Part shown: one piece after another, positions 54,389 to 64,000 of the stretch
Numbering within the stretch: the stretch's first letter is position 1
Layout: each line of letters begins with the position of its first letter
NCBI RefSeq assembly: GCF_963506605.1
Contig: NC_083278.1
Location: 44,826,001 to 44,890,000, forward strand
Source of the DNA: Zootoca vivipara
Lineage: Eukaryota
Direction of reading: 5' to 3'
DNA length: 64,000 nucleotides
Notes under the pieces: generated by a model
Database searches by the model: none
Seen by the model: the letters and a program-made list of their open reading frames with translations, nothing else
Told to the model about the DNA's origin: nothing
Made by a program: the position numbers and the translations under genes

Positions 54389-57038
54389 ATGGATGGAGGT
54401 GGAGAAGACATTCCTTCAAAAAAAGCAAAGAAGTTGTGCAAGTATCTTGAGAAATGGGAGAGCGAATTTAGCTTCGTGAAGAAGAGCAGAGTGGGGGACA
54501 GTAACGCATTCTGCACAATTTGCAGTTGCGATTTTAGTGTCTCCCACGGGGGAAGGAACGATGTCGCTCAGCATAAACAATCAGCCAAGCACAAGCGCAG
54601 GCTAGAGGCACAGAAAAATGCCCCGACAATGTCCGCATTTGTGAATAGGAATACCACAGAGGCTGACCAGGTTATAAATGCAAAGGTTAAAATGGCCATG
54701 CTGTGTGCCAAAAACAACATTTCTTTCACCTTCTGCGACGACTTCAACAAGTGTGTAGCTGACATGTTCCCGGACTCTGCCATTGCACGAAAATATTCTG
54801 CGGGGGAAACCGAAACTATGCAAATCGTAAAAGGTAAGTTGATTCAAATTAAGAAACAATGGTACCTCGGGTTAAGAACTGAGGTACCACTGTAATATTG
54901 TCGGCTTATTGTTAGCTAACATTACTGTGCTCTTACTCAACAGGTGCCATAGCAACAGAGCTAGATGACGAGTTGGCCAAAACATGCCGATCTCAGCCCT
55001 TTTCATTGATGTGTGACGAATTGAACAACAGAAAAGCAGACAAAAAATTCGTCATCATGGCTAGACTCTACGATGAGGCCAATCTGCAGGTTGCTACCAG
55101 ATTATTAGAGATGCCCATATGCAATGTTGGAAATGCAGAAAATCTTTATGAAAAGCTGAGTGAAGCATTAAGGTAGGGAAGCTGCACTGTGTTGTTGGCG
55201 TGTGCAGTAGTTTGCTCTTAACTATAACCTGACATTTTGTTGCATTTTTTCTTATAGAAAAAGAGGCATTCCGTGGGAGAACCTGATAGCCTTTAACTTT
55301 GATAATGCGAGTGTCATGGAAGGCAAACACAACTCTGTTATCAGCAGACTGAAGACCAGACAGCCCCACATTCAGGATCTTGGCTGCATCTGCCACCTAG
55401 TACAGCTGGCCACTGGCTGTGCCATCAGAGCAGCACAGGTACCTGTTGAAGACATCCTGGTCAGAATATATACCCACTTTGGTAAAAGGTGAATTCATGT
55501 ACATTATTATTAGATAGGCCTTGCAAACATACACATACATATCCAGCCACTAACAAAATTATTTTCTATATTACAGTGCAAAAAGATGTGAAATTTACAA
55601 GGAGTTTGTCGATTTTACTGATTCAGACCACCTGAACCTGCTCAGGTATTGCAGCACCCGATGGCTGAGTCTGTTAACCTGCATCCAGAGAGTGTTGAAC
55701 CAATGGGACGCACTAAAGGTAAGGATGGTAAGTGCAGCAGATATATACACGCTTTACTATGCTTTGTTTTCATTTTAATTATGTCCTGCAGGCCTACTTT
55801 AACAGCCTTGAGGAGGTGGAGAAGAGTGCCAAACTACGTGATCTAGCCAGCCATCTGGGTGATCCGGTCGTGAAGATCTACTTCTTGTTCCTGGCTGCTG
55901 CCCTTAAGCCTTTATCTGAATTTAATATTGCCTTCCAGGTGGGTACCAATGACATTGTATGTATGTGTGAATAATAGTTACGGTATAAATAGGATTGTGC
56001 TAATTGTAGCATTCCTAATTCTCTGTTTTTTGACATTTTCTGCAGTCAGAGGAAGTGCAAATTCACAGGCTTGAAGAGGAGATGTGCAGGCTGATCAGGA
56101 GGATCCTGGGCTACCTCGTACCAGCCAGGGCCATCGTGGGTGTACCTCTCAGGGAGGTGGAGTATGGAGAAGGACATCAGTTGGCTGATGAAGACCTCTT
56201 TATCGGAAAAGACACAAAGGCGTTCATGAGAAGCACAGAGCTTCCTGTGTCCGCCGAGAAGAAAATCTTTCAGTGAGTATATTACCCAGCATTTATGTAA
56301 TCATGATATCATCGCACTATGAGAGTATAGGCTGTGTGCCTAAAATGTTGCCACTAATCAGTTTTTCAACTCTTATGCTGTTGTAGATCTGTGAGAAGAT
56401 TCTACGAAGCAGTGCTTCAGAAGATGTTCTCCTCCTTTCCCTTTGACAATCCACTCCTGAGGGACTTGAAAGTGCTGGACCCTGCTGCTCGCCTTGACAT
56501 TACTCCAGGGGCAGGTAGATGTTTGGGACGCTTTCCCCATTGATAGAATGATTGAGTTAGTGCATAGTTTGATCAGCACTGTTCAGTCAAACACTTGTTT
56601 TGTTTTACAGTGGAAAGGCTAGTGGCCCTGCTCCCTCAGTTGAGCTTGAGTGAAGATAAGCTGAGAGAGGAACTCACTGACTACCAGCTGACAGACAGCA
56701 AGCAACTCCCCCAAGAAGAAAAAATTGACAGATTCTGGGGCCTGCTAGGGAAGGATGTGAGGTTCAGTGAGCTGCCAAGATTAATGAAGGCTTTACTCTG
56801 TATTCCCCACAGCAATGCCAGTTCTGAAAGGGTGTTTAGTATATGGTGAGAAAGATAAGTTACAGAGAATAGAATGCCATTAGACAACAGCACTATTTGT
56901 GCTTTGCTTGCATGTAAAATCAACCACTCTGGCCCGGCCCACAAATACACTCCTTCCAAAAGAGTGTTAAAGGATGCAAAGTCTGCAACACGTTTGTATA
57001 ATAAGTCATTAATGGATGCGAGAGAGCCAAAAGAGTGA
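54389..57038 (+). pseudogene. hAT transposase, 8 coding exons: 54389-54833, 54944-55172, 55258-55488, 55577-55718, 55792-55938, 56046-56272, 56387-56514, 56611-57038 (premature TGA at 56847-56849)
   Basis: All 7 introns GT-AG with matching phases (1,2,2,0,0,2,1). Motifs: Zn finger CTIC...H..SAKH, FSLMCDE (D1), FDNASVM (D2), CICH, TRWLS, PHSNASSERVFS (E). 595 aa to first stop; ~657 aa reconstructed. Confidence 0.9.
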
Positions 57039-57064
57039 ACCTGATCAATCTGCCCATGGCGCTG

Positions 57065-57208
57065 GAGTCCCATGGACTGCAAGAAGATCAAACTGATCCA
57101 TTCTGAAGAACATCGGCCCTGGTTGCTCATCGGAAGGACAGATCCTGAAGCATCGCATGAGAAGAGAAGACTCCCAGGAAAAGAGACCCCGAGGTGGGGA
57201 AAGATGGT
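57065..57208 (+). mobile_element. Internal BovB LINE fragment embedded in the hAT 3' region
   Basis: GAGTCCCATGGACTGCAAGAAGATCAAAC...GGAAGGACAGATCCTGAAGC...CATGAGAAGAGAAGA aligns by eye to 16208-16370 with a ~20-nt deletion; no tail. Confidence 0.85.
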
Positions 57209-57629
57209 GGTGTGTAGCCTGGTGTAAATTAATTTGTAGCCTGTGGGGATTACCGCGGCATGGACTGTCCCCAAGAACTGTATACTGTCCCAGGCTGCTG
57301 ATCCCTTATTTTCAAATCCGAAAGTTGACAGCTATGAGTCGGAATGACCTACATCTAACACCACCCCTAAGCTGCAATTATAAACATTTATTTAGAAATT
57401 AAAAATCCGTAGCAGTGAATGTGATGTGCTACTCGTTTCCATGCAAGTTTGCTTAGCAGTTAGTTGAGTGCAACCTATTTCGTAGCAAGTATACAGGTCA
57501 TCACAGCTTTATGTCCAAATAAATTTGCTCAGAATTTGTGGGTGCACTGCAGCCACAGCCTTATCTAGATAAAACCCATGGAACTCTAGAGCTGCATTCT
57601 TATCTGTGATAGATTTATTAAACGCAATA

Positions 57630-57980
57630 TAAAGGTAAAGGGACCCCTGACCATTAGGTCCAGTCGTGACCGACACTGGGGTTGCGCGCTCATCTCGCAT
57701 TATTGGCCGAGGGAGCCGGCGTATAGCTTCCAGGTCATGTGGCCAGCATGACAAAGCCGCTTCTGGCAAACCAGAGCAGCACATGGAAACGCCGTTTACC
57801 TTCCTGCTGTAGCGGTTCCTATTTATCTACTTGCATTTTGACATGCTTTCGAACTGCTAGGTTGGCAGGAGCTGGGACCAAGCAACAGGAGCTCACCCCA
57901 TCACAGGGATTCGAACCACCGACCTTCTGATCAGCAAGCCCTAGGCTCAGTGGTTTAACCACAGCGCCACCTGGGTCCCC
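57630..57980 (-). mobile_element. Sauria (Squam1) SINE, full length
   Basis: 11-bp TSD TAAACGCAATA (57619-57629, 57981-57991). Confidence 0.92.
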
Positions 57981-60288
57981 TAAACGCAATACTTATAATC
58001 ATTCATTTAATTCATTCATTTAATTCATTTAATTTAAGGAATTAATCATTAATTCCTTAAATTAGCCCAAGGTCCACATTTCATCCGTTCCACAACCCTG
58101 CAAGGAAGGTTAGGCTAAGAGATGTGCCGGAGGCAAGTAAGACAGTTGAGTGGTGAGTTGAAGCCTGGTTTCCCAGATTCTCTTAACTACTATGCTATAC
58201 TGATTCTGAGGAAATATGCATAAATTCATGCTGTATTCAAATTGTGTGTCAGATTTCAGATTCTGTGTTCTGTGTTGGAAGGGATTAGCATGATGTGGGT
58301 GTGTCCCTCTGCTTAGTCCTGCCCAGCTCTGTCATGAGGGAAACTGTAGCAATAGGCCAGCTGAAGCCACTGCCAGCAGCATCCCTAGGGTGGGGCTGGT
58401 GCAGCAAAAGGGTATCTTTCCTACCTTCCACCTTGTCTGGTACGAGCAGCAGAGCTGTGCTGTTCCATCAAGCCCTGCCATTGTTGGCCAGGGACTTGGA
58501 TCAACCCCTGAGCTTACGGGTAGGAAAGGACCCTAATCCAATCTACCTCACACATTCCATTTCTTTCCACCTAATTATTGGAAACTTTACAACTCGCAGA
58601 ACAGGCAAGCAATAAGGGGCAAACTGCAGAGCACAGCATCATTCAAAAAGACACAAGACAGCTCTAACCATCTGCAGTTGGATCTCAAGAGGTGCATGTG
58701 CCAGACTGCCTGCCTGTGCCTCTTCTCTCACTCCTCACAGTGACAGCACTTAACCAAAGCAAAGGTAAGGGAGATGATGCAGGGGACACATCAAACAAGG
58801 CTGGCAGCCACTTCCATCCCATGAGCTCAATAGTAAAAGAATCACTTGGCAAGTTAGGGAAGACATGATCCCCCCACCTGTCTTAATGAAATCAAACACA
58901 ATAATCTGTTTAACATCTGACATTCGTTTCTGGAAATTTCCCACTTATTTTGCAACATCTTGATATACAACACACCTCAGAGAAGTAAGGGAATGATAGA
59001 TTCTGGGTAAGCTGTGGGTTCAAAATAAGCCCTTTCCCATCCTAAAGTGGGGTGACTTTAATGAACCCACATACTGAATAAAGTTAGCTTGGAGAAAGAA
59101 TAATCTAGAAACCAGAATATGACACCGGATTTCAGTTAATAATTTATCTTGCCCCTTCAAATAAATATAAACTGAACATTTTTCTAAACTTGTGTGCTGA
59201 CTTTTATGTTTTATTTTGACAATCAAAAATAAACAAGTGTTTTTGTATCCCAATGGTATATATTTAACAGACATTTTCATATTTTGCCTCTGTTTAATTA
59301 AATACATATTCCTGTTGAACATTCTCTATACATTTTATACATAAAATACGTAAAAATACAGTAATAGGTTCATTTATTGCACATACAAAGTAAATTATGC
59401 TTGCATTTCTCTTTGCTCATCATTACACAAGTATCCTCTGCAATATATTATTGGCCTAAATATTGTTTTAATATAATCCCAGTTTACTAGTATACTGAAA
59501 TATTAAGGAGTAGAAAATCTGTTATAGTGCATTCTAAATTTATTCTAAGTATCATCTGCCTCACAAAGTTCCCTGGTTTAATCTATCATATGTAAACCAT
59601 TGAGGAAAAATTTAAAATATTTCATTTTGAAATTAAGTATTTTGAAATTCTAGACTTCTTTTCAACACACGGCTGTTCCCAACAGGCAAATCAAGTTTTC
59701 ACTGTGCCTTAAACATAAAACTCACAGAGACTCTTGTGTTGGTAAGCGAACACCCCTGCCTTAGGAAGTACTGGCCTGATACTGTACTTTGTAGCCTAAA
59801 TTCCAATAGATCCAGGTTTTACAGTGTGCAGTTCCAAGATTAAGCCAGAAGATGGTGCCACTTGCACTGCTCAGTTACCATACTACAGTAGTGATCATAT
59901 CAGATTTCCTTCTATGATTCCTCCTTATCTGAGGAAGTGTTTTATAGTCAGAGGACTGCTTTCAGTCTGAACCACAACCACACTAACATGGGCATGCTAG
60001 TATAAAGAAAAAGAAGTCGAAGGTCGGGAGCCATTTCAAAAGGCTGAAAAGGTTGAAACGCATGGGGAAAAGCAAAGAGAGAAAAAGTGATGGTGTCTCT
60101 GTTATTGGGATACTGAATTCTAATTCTAGGGCTGAATATAAATACAAGAGGTGAAAACCTGAGGTAGTACAAGGAGATTGCAAGGGAGATACAGGCAGAG
60201 ATCCTTTTTTTCAAAAATCACAGAAAACCACTCAACCAAGATACCTCCAGAAGTAGAAAGCTAATTAGGCTTTTGTAGCATGAGCAGA

Positions 60289-60526
60289 CTTTGGCCACCT
60301 CATGAGAAGAGAAGAATCCTTGGAAAAGACCCTGATGTTGGGAAAGATTGAGGGCACTAGGAGAAGGGGACGACAGAGGACAAGATGGTTGGACAGTGTT
60401 CTCGAAGCTACGAACATGAGTTTGACCAAACTGCGGGAGGCAGTGCAAGACAGGAGTGCCTGGCGTGCTATGGTCCATGGGGGTCACGAAGAGTCGGACA
60501 CGACTAAACGACTAAACAACAACAAC
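60289..60526 (+). mobile_element. BovB LINE 3' end, 5'-truncated
   Basis: Nearly identical to 16310-16542; (CAA)n tail; 12-bp TSD AGCATGAGCAGA. Confidence 0.93.
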
Positions 60527-60705
60527 AGCATGAGCAGAACCCATACACTGTTCATTTGCTATCATGAGCCAGCCATTTAAAGCCCACTGATTTTAATGTG
60601 AGCATTTTAAAAGTGTAGTTAACTCCCTTTTAATTTGACAGAATTTAGCTTTAAATTGTGTGAATTTTAAAGGATGCTTTTTTAGAAATTCTTAAATATA
60701 ATGTC

Positions 60706-60711
60706 TTTATT
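60706..60711 (-). terminator. Candidate USP45 polyadenylation signal
   Basis: TTTATT on + strand in AT-rich sequence ~2.5 kb past the USP45 stop; not unique. Confidence 0.3.
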
Positions 60712-62252
60712 TGATGTAGAAACCAAAATATAAATCACATTCCAGAGCTTGTGTATGCATTCTTCAGAACTCCCGTACCAATGAATAGGTACCATTTCTT
60801 TTCAGTGTATGGGGTTTTAACCCGTGTAGAAACAGATAGCAAATTCCTGTATGCACTTGAGTCTTCATGTCTTATCCCCAAAGTGCTGGAATGTGGCATT
60901 TAAAATAAATTCTGAATATGATTGTGCATAAAAAGGTACATCTGAGTAAGCTACATTGCTCTAAATGTGCATGGGTGAGTGTTGGATTTGTTGGTATAGA
61001 TACGTAATCTGGAAATGATCACACTGAAACTGATTAATTTACTTTAAATTATCAGATTAAATGTGGATCATCATGGATTACTACAGGTCACAACAACTCT
61101 CTCTCCAGTGCTGGGGTTATAACATAATATCAATAAATTATCATTAAAGTTGGAATTAGTGAGGTGGGTATGGAGACATTCTGGGTGTATTCTGCATGAA
61201 ACTACTCAGAGATAGATACGCATGTGCATGACACACGCACTGCTGTCCCATTATACAGCTTGTTAAATTGACTCTCTTGTTTTTAGCAGGCAGTGGGTTA
61301 TATCCAACATGGTTGCTCTGCTGGTAAGCAAAGCTGCTGTGACTGGAAAGGGAGGGAAGCAATTTCTCATGATTCTTCCTCCCTCTCGCAGCCCCTTACT
61401 TCCCTTAACTATGCTCTGCTTTCCTCCCCATTCCACTGATGGAAGCCTTACCATCGGCTAAGACACATAACTGGCTGGAACCCAATGGCTACAATTTAAA
61501 GAGTATCCTAATATGTGTGGTTCAGTGCACAGGAGAAACTTGGATTGTCCTGAAGCTGAAAAGGAGTATCCACAAAGAGATAATAATATTTCTTTAAAAT
61601 TCTCCAAGTCCTAAAAGTAGAGCATGTGGTGCACAGGTAAAAAAAGAAGTTTAAAAATATGCATTTCACATGCGGAACTAGTCCCACTGTCCTCTGTACA
61701 ATAGAAATAATATGCATAAATCCATATTATTGAGGACAGTAATAAACAGCAGACCTGATCCTTTGTAAGAGACAGCAATATACCCCCACCCCCATATTTA
61801 ATAGAAAATAAATTGAGTACAGTCAGTAGTGTATATATGTAATGTGTAAATCACAAAAACTAAGAAAATGTATAATTATTATAGGGTATCCAGTCACCAC
61901 CCTAAAATGTTGGGTGTGCAGTAAATCAGCATGCTTGACTATACGATGCTTTGCAGATATAAATGGCAGAGAACATAATGTACGACTAGAAAGTATATTT
62001 GGATATCTATAAGCAAAGTCAAATGTTCTGAAAAAGTAGCATACTGTAGTGACTATAGTCATGGTGCATATCTGAATACACTCCCATCTCAAGCACTCTT
62101 TGAATGTGAAAAGGAAGCACATAAGGTAGAAAGGCTCTGTTCTAATCTACTCCCTGATGTACTCAACTTTCTGCATATAGAACTCAACAAGCATTCAGAA
62201 GAGATTCAGTTCTAGAAGAACTGCAACGTGCCTTTTTTGAATATAGGAATTG

Positions 62253-62320
62253 ACAGAATCACAGAATTTTAAAGTTGGAAGGGACCCCAAGGGTCATCTC
62301 CAGCCTCCTGCAATGCAGTA
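62253..62320 (-). mobile_element. CR1-type 3' tail fragment
   Basis: CAGAATCACAGAAT...AGTTGGAAGGGACC is the reverse complement of a CR1 3' end. Confidence 0.6.
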
Positions 62321-63234
62321 ATCTCAACTAAAGCATACACAACAGAGTAGAACTCAATTGTTGAGCTTGCAACTTAACAAACTACAGCAATGTTTTAAAG
62401 GAACGTCAGGTTTCAGATATGCTATTCAAACATGATTAGTGAATGGCACAAACTAACTCTAATGGTTGCACAAACAGAAAGCCTGTGCAATCACACTCTC
62501 TCTCTTCCCCAGTCCCTCCTGTACTGCCCCGAAAAAGCCTTCTCCAAAGGAGAGGGCTGCACAGTGAGGGTTGTGTTATACTAGCTTGCAGTGGGAGGGG
62601 GGAAATCACCAAAATCAGGTGGAAGAATTTTGCTCTAGTCTCTGCTATACAGTCCTCTGCCTCCCCTTATTGCAAGAGAAAGGTAGAGAAAGAGACTGCT
62701 TATGTGAGCTGCAACCCTACTTCTGTATTAAGGAAAACTCAGGCAGAACTCCAGTTCATTTCTCAATTCATGTTTTTTTAAAATTTTGCTCATCCGGAAT
62801 TGAAATTTCACTACAGTATTCAGTTTCCAAGTACATTGTTTCAGATGCATTTTGGGGATTTAGATAATGAGCATGTGGACTTATATTCAGAGAAACATGA
62901 AGTTATTCCCACTTACACATGAGGTGATTTTCTGTTCCTCCACTCTGGTGGCAGCTCCACATGCCCCTTCCAAAAGCACCAACACAGGGTGCTAAAACTG
63001 CATCCTCTGCTGTTTGATGGGCAGCTGCCAATCAGCATAGTAAGATACCCTACTTATGTGTGTATCTAGGTGTTTTGTGCATGCACCAGCTTCTTAGAAT
63101 GCAAGGCATGGTTTTTAAAGTAAGAAATCATGGTAATTTTTGTATTAGAGAACAGATAAAAGCACAATATTTACATGTACTGCATTTAAGAAAACAGAAA
63201 AATAACTTATTTAGACTTTCAGTATTGATTACAG

Positions 63235-63365
63235 CTACAGTATTCTTTCATAGAAAAGCAAGTATGCTTGTGAATTTAATACTCTTGATTCTGTAACTGC
63301 TTGTACATGGGTATCACTGACATATACCCATTGTCCTACAGTGGCTCCTACAGAGTCTTTCAAAC
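63235..63365 (-). CDS. USP45: USP45 terminal coding exon (ubiquitin-specific peptidase C-terminus)
   Basis: TTGCAG acceptor; [43 protein letters not shown] (USP WxxxSD...AYLLFY box). Missed by the ORF track; synteny with PNISR favours USP45 over its paralog USP16. Confidence 0.9.
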
Positions 63366-64000
63366 CTGCAATGCAAAAAAATAAAAAGTATTAATTACCA
63401 TCATAGTGCAAAAGAGAATATGACTAAGCCAATAACTGTGAGAATTTTGAAGGTTTGTTATTGCATAAATTCCACTGAAACTTTGTTTTCATATTCTCAG
63501 TACTGCCAGCTTTGAAAATTGTCTTAGCAAGAGTACAAATTGGGAAAGGCAGTGTTTTCCCAACTGCATGTTGGAGTGAGCTAGAGTGGCCTTGAAAACT
63601 GAAGCTACTTTGTTGGATACCTCCACTGCTCTGTGCTTGGGCAGGGAGAAAAGGGCCAGTAGTTGGGGGGGGGGGCAGAGAAGAAATGGAAATAAAAGTG
63701 CATAGAGCACCAAAACCCCACTACATGAGCAATGGATTTCTCGTCCTTTCTAGCCTCTTGCGATTTCACTAGAAACTTGTCCATGTTACAAATACATTTC
63801 TGCTTCTGTGCAGGCCACACACTTATAATTTAAAAAGAGAACACTTAGCTTCTGAAGATACCCATGTCTACAGTTTATGGGGCTGCTTTGTAAATGCAGA
63901 ATCACTGAGTCTACAGCACAGATATCCAGCAGTCCTGGATAATACAGAGAGTCCTGAACAATGTGAAATGACATATTATCTCCAATATAGAAGATACAAG

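Larger units (their letters stand above)
53853..57336 (+). mobile_element. Full-length hAT-superfamily DNA transposon (3484 bp) with intron-containing transposase
   Basis: TIRs CACAGCTGTCAACCTT (53853-53868) / AAAGTTGACAGCTATG (57321-57336), 14/16 match; TSD AGTCGGAG / AGTCGGAA; spliced transposase inside. Confidence 0.92.

Noticed and set aside
56681-57274. 197-aa minus-strand ORF
   Set aside because: Antisense to transposase exon 8 and the BovB fragment.
59987-60153. Lys/Arg-rich open stretch on + strand (HGHASIKKKKSKVGSHFKRLKRLKR...)
   Set aside because: No in-frame acceptor or convincing start, no recognisable homology; purine-rich composition explains it.

Overview
Vertebrate nuclear DNA, almost certainly a squamate and probably a lacertid lizard (inferred from Sauria/Squam1 SINEs, a Squam3-type SINE, BovB and Penelope repeats). 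Four host genes lie on the minus strand in the conserved order FAXC - COQ3 - PNISR - USP45: FAXC coding exons 1-4 (gene runs off the left edge), all 7 coding exons of COQ3 (359 aa), PNISR (one small exon mostly hidden in a 158-N gap) and the last exon of USP45. Exons were assembled by hand from GT-AG sites and frame continuity. The most notable non-host feature is a 3.48-kb hAT DNA transposon (53853-57336, TIRs plus TSD) head-to-head with the PNISR CpG-island promoter. Its transposase is split by 7 (possibly 8) tiny in-phase spliceosomal introns, so the ORF track shows only fragments. It keeps the Zn-finger, D-D-E, CxxH and RW motifs, is damaged only by two compensating indels near the C-terminus, carries a captured BovB fragment, and has a probable 90-bp non-autonomous partner at 6816-6905. 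Also present are three minimal hammerhead-ribozyme motifs from Penelope-like elements, two of them forming a 165-bp-arm hairpin in PNISR intron 1. Repeat family names come from motif recognition, not database searches.
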